Notes: a model not told the origin generated them from the letters alone. A stretch of 61,367 nucleotides of DNA, filler included, from an uncultured Thermoplasmatales archaeon (GCA_964517155.1; 5 parts of 5 records of this genome joined end to end with filler, not necessarily neighbours in it); one strand, 5' to 3'; shown: positions 9,824-20,072, counted from the whole stretch's first letter. A program made the numbers and translations.

Positions 9824-10542
9824 CATCATCAGAACTAAAAAGCTATGCACATCTGCGTAGAATCAAACTAATAGATCAAGCTTGGAAAGATTACCTGCAG
9901 GATCTCACGCTGCACCTTTTATACAAAAAATATCCTAATATTCTTTTTAGAGGAGGCACCTGCATCTGGAAAGTGATGAAAGGAGACCGTTTTTCAGAGG
10001 ATTTAGATATCAGCCTTCAGAGTATACCTATCAACATTGACAATTATCTTATCAATGAACTCAAACTCTATGGTTTCACCTGCAAGATACTTAAGAAAAA
10101 ACAAACCGCAAACATGTTATTTCTTCACTGCAGTATCACCTCTCCAGCTCATCCACGAGAAATCTCATTATTTATTGAAATTCTTTCATCAAAAACATAC
10201 ATTAAGACAATAAATACTCTCACTTTATACTCACCGTATCCTGACATTCCTCCAATTGAAGTAAATGTGCCAAGCCATGAGGATATCATCGCAGATAAAA
10301 TCTCTGCAATATTACAACGAAATAAGGCTCGTGATGTACATGATCTTTATATCCTTCTTAAACAAGGTGGAATCATTGACCTTGAGTTGATCTTACGAAA
10401 GGCATCTGGATTTACACCAAAAACATTAAGAGAAAAAATCGCTGAGAAAAAAAACATATGGAAAAGCCTTGCACCATTAATAGTAACTAAATTACCATCT
10501 TTGGATGAAGAAATGACTTATATCCTTTCTTTCTTCAGATGA
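9817..10542 (+). CDS. Type IV TA nucleotidyltransferase toxin, AbiEii family
   Basis: FRGGT, RFSEDLD, ADKISA...RNKARDVHDL; ATG 9817 overlaps the abiEi end. Confidence 0.9.
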   Translation: MLTSSELKSYAHLRRIKLIDQAWKDYLQDLTLHLLYKKYPNILFRGGTCIWKVMKGDRFSEDLDISLQSIPINIDNYLINELKLYGFTCKILKKKQTANMLFLHCSITSPAHPREISLFIEILSSKTYIKTINTLTLYSPYPDIPPIEVNVPSHEDIIADKISAILQRNKARDVHDLYILLKQGGIIDLELILRKASGFTPKTLREKIAEKKNIWKSLAPLIVTKLPSLDEEMTYILSFFR

Positions 10543-10588
10543 ATATTTTTTTAATAATATTTGTAAATAATATATTATTTGAAGGTGA

Positions 10589-10637
10589 TGGGTGTAGGCC
10601 GTAAGCTTCTTTAGACTTGTGTTTTCCTCTTATTTTT
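10589..10637 (+). repeat. Dispersed direct repeat site 3
   Basis: TGGGTGTAGGCCGTAAGCTTCTTTAGACTTGTGTTTTCCTCTTATTTTT. Confidence 0.9.
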
Positions 10638-10677
10638 ACTATTTCTAAGCCAAATAAAATATTTATTTTAGTCCTAT

Positions 10678-10896
10678 TTACATTACTTTTTTTACTTTTT
10701 CAGATAGACTTAATTTTATATTTTTTGAAGTTTCTATTTTACTTAAAATATTTGATTTTAAAAGATCATTTACTATTCTATATTTAGTCATATGACTTAG
10801 ATTGTTATCTAGATTAAGTTTTTTGCAGTATACATCAGCTGTTCTTATAACACTTTGAATGCTTTTGCTTAACTTGTCTTTATGTTTTAGAAACAC
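10678..10896 (-). CDS. Small basic hypothetical protein, possibly wHTH-like or 5'-damaged
   Basis: 72-aa Lys-rich ORF; frame stays open ~13 codons upstream of the GTG. Confidence 0.4.
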   Translation of the reverse strand: MFLKHKDKLSKSIQSVIRTADVYCKKLNLDNNLSHMTKYRIVNDLLKSNILSKIETSKNIKLSLSEKVKKVM

Positions 10897-11145
10897 TATC
10901 GTTACAACGCTTGCGTATGTAGAAGACTTCGTTTTACCTTACCCCCATTACAATTTTTTGTATCATATTTGTTATAACAAATGTGATATAATAATGGACA
11001 TGATAAAGTTGTATTTAACGATTATGATTCTTGTTAATCCAAAGTCGATCTATAATAAAAAAATAAGTTGCGTATTTTTTTAACAAATATGCTATATTAA
11101 ATATTTGCACAATACTTAGAAATAAAACAGATTATAACATATTTG

Positions 11146-12015
11146 TTATAAATCTCTTTTCTTAAAAAGTAATGCTGAGAAAGCTAAAAACGCTGTCAAC
11201 CAAACAATAAGAACCAAGGTTAAAATTTGTGTAGAATAAAAGCTTGGATATGAAACCACTAATCCCTGTCCAATACTTGAAACTGATTCAATGTTAATTG
11301 ATACAAGTATATTATATGATGAAAGAGGATTTATCATTTCAACTGCATAATACCAATCAGGAATACCTGCTCCTGCAAATAAAGATTCAAGATTTCCAAC
11401 AGCCATAATTGCAATTCCAAGTGTTATTATACTCCATATCATAGTGAAAAAAAACCATAAAAATATCGAGATTCCCATTGCAGTAGACCTTCGTTTAAAA
11501 AGACTTGAAGCAAACAATCCTAAACTTATAAAAACCATGCCCATAAGAATCGATGATGCTAAAAAAATAAGGTATTCTACTATATTTATCTCACCAACGT
11601 TAATGCCAATGATAATACCAGCTATACCAAAACCTGCAGTAATAGATATTGCTAAAACAAAACTTAGTCCAAGAAACTTTCCAAGAATTATTTCAAATCT
11701 TTTCACAGGTAAAGATAAAAGTGCACTCATCGAGCCGCGCTCAATTTCACCAACAACTGCAGCATAACTAAGCATTAATGCAATAATAGGAATAAGATAC
11801 ATGACCAGAGACATCATACCTGCAATTGTAAAGCCAACAGATTGCCAGCCTTGTCCAAGTGATCCAAAATAAGAAACAATAAGTGTAAGAAATGCAAAAA
11901 CAAAAGTCATAACCAAAAGCCATTTATTTCTGATATTATCCATAATTTCTTTTTTAGCAATTAGAAGAACTGAGCTGGTCGGTAAATATTTTTTAAAAGA
12001 GCTATCTTTATTCAT
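11146..12015 (-). CDS. ABC-2 type permease (NosY-like)
   Basis: Multiple TM helices; GEIERGSMSALLSLPVKRFEIILGKF; ends FKKRDL. Confidence 0.9.
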   Translation of the reverse strand: MNKDSSFKKYLPTSSVLLIAKKEIMDNIRNKWLLVMTFVFAFLTLIVSYFGSLGQGWQSVGFTIAGMMSLVMYLIPIIALMLSYAAVVGEIERGSMSALLSLPVKRFEIILGKFLGLSFVLAISITAGFGIAGIIIGINVGEINIVEYLIFLASSILMGMVFISLGLFASSLFKRRSTAMGISIFLWFFFTMIWSIITLGIAIMAVGNLESLFAGAGIPDWYYAVEMINPLSSYNILVSINIESVSSIGQGLVVSYPSFYSTQILTLVLIVWLTAFLAFSALLFKKRDL

Positions 12016-13083
12016 CTAAGCATCAGCCTCCGTAAAATGCATAAACACATCTTCAAGAGAAGGATCCATTGTATGAATATCTAAAATATTTGCTTTTTTA
12101 TTCAAAAGCGTAAAAATCACTGTTGCTTTAACTTCTTTTTTGCAAAATACATCAAGCGTGTTTCTATATTGCTCAACAGAAGAAACCCCGTCAATTGCTT
12201 TAAGAGCTGTGATAAACTCTTCTTTTACAGATTCTAAAGAAATGATAAGCTTTGGCCTTAACTGCAAACGATTCTGAAGATTAAAAATATCATCCACTGC
12301 AGCAATTACTCCTTTATTGATAATTCCAACGCGATGACAAATCGTTTGGATTTCACTGAGGATATGCGATGAAATAAAAACTGTAGCTCCATGCTCATTT
12401 AATTTTTTAATTTTCTCTCTAACAAATACAACGCCTCGAGGATCAAGACCATTTGACGGCTCATCAAGAATAATAAAAGAAGGATTACCAATAACTGCTC
12501 TTGCCATACCAAGCCTCTGAGTCATACCTTTTGAAAAAGTTCCAACTTTCTGATTTATAGCATCAGCAAGCCCAAATTCTTTTAACAATTCTTTACATTG
12601 AAAGCGATCGGCATGTTTCATCTCAGCATAAAACTCTAGGTTTTGAAGTGCAGTAAGATTTTCATAAAAAGCAACTTTCTCAGGTAAATAACCAATATTT
12701 TTTTTCACATTTTTTTCATCATCAAAAATATTTTGGTTATCAATCAAAATCGTTCCATTATCAGGATACAATAAACCAAGAATAGCTTTTATAGTAGTAG
12801 TTTTACCTGCGCCGTTTGGTCCTAAAAAACCAAATATTTCACCTTTTTTAACTGAAAAAGATGCATTGTTCACTGCTTTTTTTCTGTTAAAAGATTTTGA
12901 GACAGAGTCTACCGACAGCATCAGTGAAGAAGAATCTTTTTTTTCAGATTCTTTTTCATGTGGAAATTGAAAAACACCTTTTGTACTGCAGTTTGAACAA
13001 GTGATAGTAACTGTTTCACCAGGTTTTCCAAAAATTTCTTGTTCGGAGCCGCAAGAAGGACATTTTACTTTTTTTTGATTCAT
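12016..13083 (-). CDS. ABC transporter ATP-binding protein with N-terminal zinc ribbon
   Basis: Walker A GPNGAGKT, signature FSKGM, Walker B IILDEP; N-terminal CPSC...CSNC. Confidence 0.95.
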   Translation of the reverse strand: MNQKKVKCPSCGSEQEIFGKPGETVTITCSNCSTKGVFQFPHEKESEKKDSSSLMLSVDSVSKSFNRKKAVNNASFSVKKGEIFGFLGPNGAGKTTTIKAILGLLYPDNGTILIDNQNIFDDEKNVKKNIGYLPEKVAFYENLTALQNLEFYAEMKHADRFQCKELLKEFGLADAINQKVGTFSKGMTQRLGMARAVIGNPSFIILDEPSNGLDPRGVVFVREKIKKLNEHGATVFISSHILSEIQTICHRVGIINKGVIAAVDDIFNLQNRLQLRPKLIISLESVKEEFITALKAIDGVSSVEQYRNTLDVFCKKEVKATVIFTLLNKKANILDIHTMDPSLEDVFMHFTEADA

Positions 13084-13161
13084 TTGAAATAAAACACCTC
13101 AAGTATTATATCTTGCTTAGAAATACAAAAGTGATATTAATTCTTAACTATCTTGAATTTT

Positions 13162-13902
13162 TTATGATATATATTTTTGTAAAAGTTTGTAAACTTTGTT
13201 TAAATCCTTTTCAAAAATTACAAAATCTGCATATTTTTTTACACAATCATCATCTGGGTTAAATGCAATACTTATGCCTGAAACTTCAAACATTGGTATA
13301 TCAAAACAAGAATTACCAACCGCAGCAATACAGTCAGTACTTATACCTACTTTTTTAGCAAGGCTTTCAACTGCTTCATCTTTTGCTTTAAGTTTCACAC
13401 CAATTATTCCTTCATCTGTTAAAAAACCGTTTTTATCAACACTAAGTCCATTTGAATAAACATAATCAATACCAAGTTTATCACCAACTCTTTCTGCAAG
13501 AATATCAAGACCTGCACTAATAATTGCGGTTTTAACATTTTTTTCTTTTAAAGAAGAAATACATTCTTTTGCACCATTCATTAAAGAAACATCTGAAAGA
13601 ATCTGGACTAATTTTTCTTTTTTTATAGGTTTTGCATTTTCTCGCCATAAAGCTGCGTCTCTTCTAATAAACTCCATATCATCGATTTCGCCTTTTAGAT
13701 ATGCATCAACTGATTTATCATTTGAAGTATTAAAAAAATCATGAACATGTTTCCAAGAGCTGTATGTATCTGTAAGAACGCCGTCCATATCAAATGCTAC
13801 TAGTTTTAGATTTATGTTTTTTTGATTGCTTTTTTGTTTTTTAAAACCTGTTTTTCTGTAGCAATAACTGCATTTTTTAGTAGTCATTTTAGAAAACCGC
13901 AT
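13162..13902 (-). CDS. HAD-IB phosphatase, phosphoserine phosphatase-like
   Basis: FDMDGVL, IISAG; late motif VGNSCFD (Asn for the usual Asp); start uncertain. Confidence 0.85.
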   Translation of the reverse strand: MRFSKMTTKKCSYCYRKTGFKKQKSNQKNINLKLVAFDMDGVLTDTYSSWKHVHDFFNTSNDKSVDAYLKGEIDDMEFIRRDAALWRENAKPIKKEKLVQILSDVSLMNGAKECISSLKEKNVKTAIISAGLDILAERVGDKLGIDYVYSNGLSVDKNGFLTDEGIIGVKLKAKDEAVESLAKKVGISTDCIAAVGNSCFDIPMFEVSGISIAFNPDDDCVKKYADFVIFEKDLNKVYKLLQKYIS

Positions 13903-13984
13903 AAATTAGAATGTATAATAAGTTTTAGAGGAAAAATTTATAATACATAATATATATTAATAATATTAAAGGGGTAAAATAATT

Positions 13985-15424
13985 ATGAGAAATATTGCCA
14001 AATTAACTATGTTAGGAATAATATTTGTTTTTTTTGCATCAAGCTTTTCGACAGTACTTAACGCTGAATTGATACAAACACAGGAAAGTTTATTAGATGT
14101 TTTTGCTGAAGATAGCGTCAAGTATGATTTATTGATAATTACTTATCCAGGTTTTTACAATGAGCTGCAGCCTTTAGTTAAACATAAACTAAACTATAAT
14201 CTTAGAACTAAAATTATTACTCTTGATGAAGCATATGCTATCGGTTTTATGGGTTATGATAACCCTGAAAAAATAAAGCTTTGCATAGAGCAATTCCACA
14301 GGCAAACCGGTGTTAGATACGTAATGCTTGTCGGCGATTACAAAAAAATGCCTGTAAGATATGTTTATAATGATGAGCCTAGTGATTATTATGAGCCGCG
14401 TTATATATCTGAGCTTTATTATGCAGATTTGTATAATGATACAGGTGTTTTTCAAACATGGGATGAAGACGGCGATGGCATTTATGGTGAATGGATTGCA
14501 AATCAGACAAGTGCTCGTGATAGATATATAGATTTAAGACCTGATGTTTGTGTTGGAAGGCTTGCATGTCGAAATATTTTTGAAGTAAAAATAATGGTTG
14601 ATAAAATTATAAAATATGAGTCGCAAACATATGGCTCTGATTGGTTTAATGATTTTGTAGTAATATCAGGTGATACTTATCCTGATGGACAGTATCCGTT
14701 TAATACATCAGGTTATGAAGGTGAAGAAAACACAGAAAGTGCAATTAAGAATATGACTGGTTTTAACCCTGTGCGCATCTGGATTTCAAACGGTAATTTA
14801 ACAGGACCTGCGGATGTGATAAATGTGATAAATAAAGGAGCAGGATTGATATTTTTTGAAGGTCATGCATCTCCTTTTGCTTGGGGTACACATAAGTATA
14901 ACAGCTATGAGATTATATATGGCCTTAAAAACACTCATATGTGGCGACTTTGGAATTTTTATAAACTACCTGTTGTTGTAGCTGCAGCATGTCATAACGG
15001 CATGTTTGATGTGACGCCTTTGAATATTTTAAATCCTTTAAAAGGAGAAGTAATGCATCCTGGTGATTGGGCCATGGAATGTTGGGCTTGGAAGCTTACA
15101 AGTAAGCCTTTTGGCGGCTCTATTGCAACTATTTCAAATACAGGCCTAGGGATGACAAAAGAAGATAAAAAATCAATGGAAGGTGCAGGTGATTATATCG
15201 ATCAGCAGTTTTTCTATGTATATGGTAACAATGAATCTGATATACTTGGTGAAGTTTGGGCTAAGACAATAAACAGGTATATTGATGCATATCCAGTTGA
15301 TTGGGATATAGAAGACAGCTCTGAGTTTGCACTTGATATGAAATATGATTTAAAAACTGCTCAGCAGTATACATTGTTTGGTGATCCAAGTTTAAAAATA
15401 GGCGGATATCCGCCACTATTATAA
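13985..15424 (+). CDS. Secreted peptidase C25 (gingipain family)
   Basis: Signal peptide; YVMLVGD, PDVCVGRL, FEGHASP (His), AACHNG (Cys), LFGDPSL. Confidence 0.9.
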   Translation: MRNIAKLTMLGIIFVFFASSFSTVLNAELIQTQESLLDVFAEDSVKYDLLIITYPGFYNELQPLVKHKLNYNLRTKIITLDEAYAIGFMGYDNPEKIKLCIEQFHRQTGVRYVMLVGDYKKMPVRYVYNDEPSDYYEPRYISELYYADLYNDTGVFQTWDEDGDGIYGEWIANQTSARDRYIDLRPDVCVGRLACRNIFEVKIMVDKIIKYESQTYGSDWFNDFVVISGDTYPDGQYPFNTSGYEGEENTESAIKNMTGFNPVRIWISNGNLTGPADVINVINKGAGLIFFEGHASPFAWGTHKYNSYEIIYGLKNTHMWRLWNFYKLPVVVAAACHNGMFDVTPLNILNPLKGEVMHPGDWAMECWAWKLTSKPFGGSIATISNTGLGMTKEDKKSMEGAGDYIDQQFFYVYGNNESDILGEVWAKTINRYIDAYPVDWDIEDSSEFALDMKYDLKTAQQYTLFGDPSLKIGGYPPLL

Positions 15425-15511
15425 TTTCACAATATTTTTTAGTTTTTGTTACTTTTTGCAATTTTATTTTTTAGTTTTTAGTCGTTTCGTGCCGAAAGTT
15501 TAATTAACTAG

Positions 15512-15540
15512 TTTAACTATAGTAATACTTACTGGTTAAA
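15512..15540. promoter_or_regulatory. Imperfect palindrome, probable AbrB operator
   Basis: TTTAAC..AGTAA-TAC-TTACT..GTTAAA abutting ATG 15541. Confidence 0.55.
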
Positions 15541-15777
15541 ATGATATCAAAAAATATACTTGCAAAAGGTCAAATAGTTATACCAAAAACAATCAGAGAT
15601 CTACTGGGAATAAACGTTGGTGATGAACTTTTAATAGATGTACAAAATGAAAAAATTATACTTTCAAAAAAAGAAAATTTAAACGATATTTTCTTAGAAG
15701 TATCTAAAAAAAATCCTAAAAAAATTTCAATGGGAAAAATCAAAAAAGAACTAAAAGAAAGGTACACGGAGGATTAA
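15541..15777 (+). CDS. AbrB/MazE-family antitoxin
   Basis: KGQIVIPKTIRDLLGINVGD. Confidence 0.9.
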   Translation: MISKNILAKGQIVIPKTIRDLLGINVGDELLIDVQNEKIILSKKENLNDIFLEVSKKNPKKISMGKIKKELKERYTED

Positions 15778-15780
15778 TTA

Positions 15781-16197
15781 TTGTATATAGACTCCAATGT
15801 TTTTATCTTTGCAGCGACAGATAAAGATAAAAAAGGTAAAAATTGCCGTAGAATAATTGAACTGATAAGTCAAAAAAAACTTATCTGCACTTCATCTTAT
15901 TTAGTAATAGATGAAGTTGTTTGGGTTTTAAAAAAACATATCGGTAAAAAAGATGCTATAAAAATTACAAAGGCTATGCTTTCTCTTCCTATAAAATGGA
16001 TAGAGCTAGATAAATCTATAATTTTAAAAATGATTGATATTCTTGAAAAAACAAATCTTGATCCAAGAGATGCAATTCATCTAGCTTCGATGATGCATTC
16101 AGGTTTATCATCTATTATAAGTGAAGATGCTGATTTTGATAAAATAGATGAGATTCAAAGAATTAATGCATCTAAGTTTATAGAAAAATATCAGTAG
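15781..16197 (+). CDS. vapC: VapC PIN-domain toxin
   Basis: YIDSNVF, IDE, RDAIHLA, SEDADFD. Confidence 0.9.
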   Translation: MYIDSNVFIFAATDKDKKGKNCRRIIELISQKKLICTSSYLVIDEVVWVLKKHIGKKDAIKITKAMLSLPIKWIELDKSIILKMIDILEKTNLDPRDAIHLASMMHSGLSSIISEDADFDKIDEIQRINASKFIEKYQ

Positions 16198-16239
16198 TGT
16201 TTTAGTCACTAAATAAAAAGAATTGTTTTTTTTGATCTT

Positions 16240-16404
16240 TTAGTTTTTAGCTCTAGCCCAGTTGTATTTTCTGATTTTTGCAGTTTTTCCAAAGCCACAG
16301 GCTGCACACACCCTTTTTTGAATATGATACGCATGTTTACCGCATCTTCTGCAAATAGTATGTGCTCTTTTACCACCCATTTTTGAAGCAGTTCCTTTTG
16401 TCAT
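16240..16404 (-). CDS. rpl37e: 50S ribosomal protein L37e
   Basis: Not in ORF track; [54 protein letters not shown]; follows the Sm gene. Confidence 0.97.
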   Translation of the reverse strand: MTKGTASKMGGKRAHTICRRCGKHAYHIQKRVCAACGFGKTAKIRKYNWARAKN

Positions 16405-16441
16405 AATCTACCAACCTTTAAAATATTATTTATCTAATTTT

Positions 16442-16660
16442 TTATGGTGAGACATATATTATATTGTCTCCTCTTAATATTACTGTATCGTGTTTGGCAC
16501 TTTCTTTGCCAGATATATTTTCTTCTGCGTTTTTAAGCACTAGATTCATGTGAGGAACATCATAGCCGTCTAAAATTCCGTGATATCCTCTTCCTCCTCT
16601 AAGCTCAACCATCACTCGCTTGTTAAGACTTGAATGCAGTATTTTAAGTGGTTTGTCCAT
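16442..16660 (-). CDS. Sm-like (LSm/SmAP) RNA-binding protein
   Basis: MDKPLKIL...GILDGYD..MNLVL...RGDNIIYVSP; start moved to ATG 16660. Confidence 0.95.
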   Translation of the reverse strand: MDKPLKILHSSLNKRVMVELRGGRGYHGILDGYDVPHMNLVLKNAEENISGKESAKHDTVILRGDNIIYVSP

Positions 16661-17006
16661 TTTGTATACCTTTGGAACCACGAAATATACTTCCTATTTA
16701 TAAGAGTTTGGGCTTAAGAAGTACCCCCGAATGTAGATTTTAAAAACCCATATTCTATAAAAATCCAATAATGTTATAATTCTATGTTAGTAAATCAGAT
16801 GTAAAAATAGGAGAAAAACAGTTAATTGCTCCTTAAAATCAAAAAAAAGTGGGATAGTCGCCTCTACTCTAAACTAATTATTAGAAAAGCTAAATAATTA
16901 TCAGGTAATTGATGATATACAAAGATGCTTTTATAGATGTAAAAATTTTTATAAAGAACTTTATAAATGGGTAATCATTATTTCTTAAACTGATGGGATA
17001 TTTGAA

Positions 17007-17348
17007 ATGAAAAATATGGATCAAAAAAAGATGGATGAAATATTCAAAGAAAATGAAAAAATGTCTGAGGATTTAGCATATTGTTATTACCAATTTTTAC
17101 TGGACCAGTATCAAAAATTTATTGAAGAAGATACTAAAGAAAACATTGGTTTCAATGCGTTTGTTGATGGCATAAGATTAGGACTTGATGTTACATTAAC
17201 GATGGTAGATGATCAAACAAGAATGGCAATTAAAGAAAAAATAAAATCAATGATAAAACACAGAAAGGAAGAGGAAATGTTGAAAATATCCACTGAAATT
17301 ATTAGAAAGTATAAGATAAAATCAAAGCAGAAAAAGGTTTTAACATGA
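17007..17348 (+). CDS. Hypothetical protein
   Basis: 113-aa ORF, ATGA overlap with the next gene. Confidence 0.65.
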   Translation: MKNMDQKKMDEIFKENEKMSEDLAYCYYQFLLDQYQKFIEEDTKENIGFNAFVDGIRLGLDVTLTMVDDQTRMAIKEKIKSMIKHRKEEEMLKISTEIIRKYKIKSKQKKVLT

Positions 17349-18670
17349 AAAAGGAAATATTTCAAGAAAGTGAAACAGTGGAATTGAAAAAGTCAACATC
17401 TGAATTAAAAGAAGCAATTATTTCTATTGCTGCAATTCTCAACAAAAACAATAAAGGCAAACTATACTTTGGTGTAAAAAATGATGGAACTATTATTGGA
17501 CAAGACATTGGAGAAAAAACGATAAGAGATATTTCTAAAACAATTTCTGATAATATTGAACCTAAAATCTATCCAAAAATAAACAAAATAAAAATCAATG
17601 GTAAAACATGTATTTATATCGAGTTTTTTGGAAATAATCCTCCATATTATGCCTATGGTCGAGGTTATATCCGGACAGCAGATGAAAATAAACAACTCAG
17701 TGCACAAGAGTTAGAAAACATTATTCTTAAAAAATATACTGGAAGATTGAGGTGGGATGCTGAGATATGCAAAGAAGCAACTATTGAAGATGTTAGTGTT
17801 GTAAAAATCAGGTCTTTTTTGAAAACAGCACAATTAAAATATGATTCTCTTGAAAATGCTCTTAAGAAATTACGTATTGTTCATGATGGCAAATTACTCA
17901 ACACTGCTGTGATGCTTTTTGGGAAGAAACCTCAGTCGTTTTTCCCTAATGCAAAATTACGATGTGCTGTATTTGGAACAATGGATACATCGTTTCCTAT
18001 AGATATGAAAGATTTTGAGGGTGATTTATTTTATCTCATTGAAAAAGCAGAGGAATATATCCTAAAAAACATTCATATCGGGATGAAAATAGAAGGTCTA
18101 AAAAGGATAGATATTCCTGAGATTAATCAAGAAGCAATGAGAGAAGCCATCATCAATGCTTTTTGCCACCGTGATTATTATGAATATGATTCTGTCAATA
18201 TTGCTATATTTAAGGATCGTGTTGAGATTAGAAACCCTGGGTTACTATATGGTGGTTTAACTATAGAGAAAATTAAAACAGAAATGATTTCTGAGCGAAG
18301 AAATGAACTCATTGCTGAATTATTTCATAGGGTGCATTACATTGAGAAATGGGGGCGAGGTATTCGTTTAATACTTTCAAAAGAACCTGATGCAGAATTC
18401 AAAGAAGTAGGTACTCATTTTATAGTTGTATTTAAACGAAAGGAAATATCAGCTAGTCCTAGTGAGGGAGTAAATGAGGGAGTAAGTGAGGGAGTAGATG
18501 CTCTTTTTGATTATATTAAAAATAATCCTGGTAATAGAACACCTCAATTTGAAGAAGCTCTTAGCGTTCCAGTTAAGACTATTGAACGTTGGTTAAAAAA
18601 ATTAAAAGATGAACAGAGAATAGAGTTTCGAGGTGCACCAAAAACTGGTGGATATTACATAAAAAAATAA
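17345..18670 (+). CDS. Schlafen/AlbA_2 + HATPase_c_4-like + C-terminal wHTH protein
   Basis: ESETVELKKS...GKLYFGVKNDG, REAIINAFCHRDY, RVEIRNPG, IEKWGRG, GAPKTGGY. Confidence 0.9.
   Translation: MKKEIFQESETVELKKSTSELKEAIISIAAILNKNNKGKLYFGVKNDGTIIGQDIGEKTIRDISKTISDNIEPKIYPKINKIKINGKTCIYIEFFGNNPPYYAYGRGYIRTADENKQLSAQELENIILKKYTGRLRWDAEICKEATIEDVSVVKIRSFLKTAQLKYDSLENALKKLRIVHDGKLLNTAVMLFGKKPQSFFPNAKLRCAVFGTMDTSFPIDMKDFEGDLFYLIEKAEEYILKNIHIGMKIEGLKRIDIPEINQEAMREAIINAFCHRDYYEYDSVNIAIFKDRVEIRNPGLLYGGLTIEKIKTEMISERRNELIAELFHRVHYIEKWGRGIRLILSKEPDAEFKEVGTHFIVVFKRKEISASPSEGVNEGVSEGVDALFDYIKNNPGNRTPQFEEALSVPVKTIERWLKKLKDEQRIEFRGAPKTGGYYIKK
18461..18496 (+). repeat. 3 x 12-bp in-frame tandem repeat (SEGV/NEGV/SEGV linker)
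   Basis: AGTGAGGGAGTA AATGAGGGAGTA AGTGAGGGAGTA. Confidence 0.9.
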
Positions 18671-18712
18671 CACAATTGTGATACATTTTTATACCAATTG
18701 TTAACATAGCAA

Positions 18713-18799
18713 ATGATGACAGAACCATTATCTAAAGAAACTATTAGAAAAATTCGTGAACTTGTTCTTTGTGGTATGTCTAAGCAACTTATTACATAA
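18713..18799 (+). pseudogene. Truncated HTH-like fragment
   Basis: MMTEPLSKETIRKIRELVLCGMSKQLIT stop; resembles the first helices of an HTH. Confidence 0.4.
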
Positions 18800-18891
18800 G
18801 AAAGTAATAATTCTGTGATAGATTTTTACATTTGGATGATGTTAAGAAAAAATAAAATTTTTATTAAACACTTATTAGTTTACATATAATT

Positions 18892-19389
18892 ATGGATTTT
18901 AAAATTAAGAATCGCCATAGGTTAAAAAACAAAGAAATACGAGAAATTGTTGAAAAACTTAAAAGTGATTTTGATTCTAGTTTTTTTTCTGTTGATTCAA
19001 TTGTTGAAACAGGTTTTTATGAAAACAACCAATTTTTATTTATCAATGGAAAAGCATATTTTATGTTTTATAATAATAGAATTGTTTTTACATTAAGCGG
19101 TTTAAATAAATATAAACCTGCAAACAAGCAAGTGGTTGTTGATATGGGTGCTGTAAAATTTGTAGCAAATGGTGCCGATGTTATGAGTCCAGGAATAGTT
19201 GATGCTGATGAAAATATAAAATTAGATGATATCGTGTGGATATGTGATGAAAAAAACAAAAAAGCCTTAGCAATGGGTTGTGCGTTGATATCTGGTGAGG
19301 ATATGTTGAAAAAGGAAAAAGGCAAGGCTGTATCTATTTTTCACTATGTTGGTGATAGTATATGGGATTTTGTCGCCAAAAGTTTATAA
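18892..19389 (+). CDS. PUA-domain RNA-binding protein (MCT-1/Tma20-like)
   Basis: VVVDMGAVKFVANGADVMSPGI...HYVGD. Confidence 0.93.
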   Translation: MDFKIKNRHRLKNKEIREIVEKLKSDFDSSFFSVDSIVETGFYENNQFLFINGKAYFMFYNNRIVFTLSGLNKYKPANKQVVVDMGAVKFVANGADVMSPGIVDADENIKLDDIVWICDEKNKKALAMGCALISGEDMLKKEKGKAVSIFHYVGDSIWDFVAKSL

Positions 19390-19443
19390 AGAGAAATATA
19401 TATATTGTTTATGAGTTAAAATACTTAGGAGTTGATCGTTATT

Positions 19444-19812
19444 ATGGGAATTGTTAACAAGATTTTTGGCGATAAAAAGTCTGGAGATGTAGAAGGATAC
19501 GTTGATTTGGAAAAATATGTAGAATCAACTGGTGGTGCAGATGCCGCAAGTATGTATGTTCGTGTCGGTGAAATTCAACGTTATGAAGATTTAAAAGAAT
19601 TTGCCGATTATGTTTATGGTGGTAATGTGCTTATTCTTGATTTTACACCTATTGCTGAAGAAGAAGTAATCTTAAAAAGAATAACTGGTGATTTGAAAAA
19701 ACTTGCAAAAGAGATAAATGGCGATATTGCAGGCATTGGAAACAACCTTATGATTGTTTCTCCTTCTAATGTAAAAGTTGAGCGAAGAAAACTTCGCGGT
19801 AAGTTTGCCTAA
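19444..19812 (+). CDS. sepF: Archaeal SepF cell division protein
   Basis: VYGGNVLILDF...INGDIAGIGNNLMIVSPSNVKVER; follows the PUA gene. Confidence 0.88.
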   Translation: MGIVNKIFGDKKSGDVEGYVDLEKYVESTGGADAASMYVRVGEIQRYEDLKEFADYVYGGNVLILDFTPIAEEEVILKRITGDLKKLAKEINGDIAGIGNNLMIVSPSNVKVERRKLRGKFA

Positions 19813-19839
19813 GATTTTTTTGTTTAGAGAAGTAGTAAA

Positions 19840-19886
19840 AGGAGTTATAAAAAATTAGGATAACTCCTCTTAATTCTTTTTTTTTT
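19840..19886 (+). terminator. Hairpin plus T tract after sepF
   Basis: AGGAGTTAT (19840-19848) / ATAACTCCT (19860-19868), then a T run. Confidence 0.5.
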
Positions 19887-20072
19887 AAAAAGAGTTATTG
19901 TTTTGGAGAGAAGGGAAGGGAGATCTGGAGGGTGGATGGTAAAGATGAAAGGAAGAAAAATTATTTTTTTCCAGACCTCTCTATGTTATACTTTCAATTT
20001 TTAAATATTTAAACGTTTCCTGTAATTTTGTCACATTGGAAAAAAACCACGGCAAAATATAAATATAAAAAA

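Noticed and set aside
7797..10637. Classical integron attC sites
   Set aside because: No RYYYAAC/GTTRRRY-bounded long palindromes and no integrase seen.
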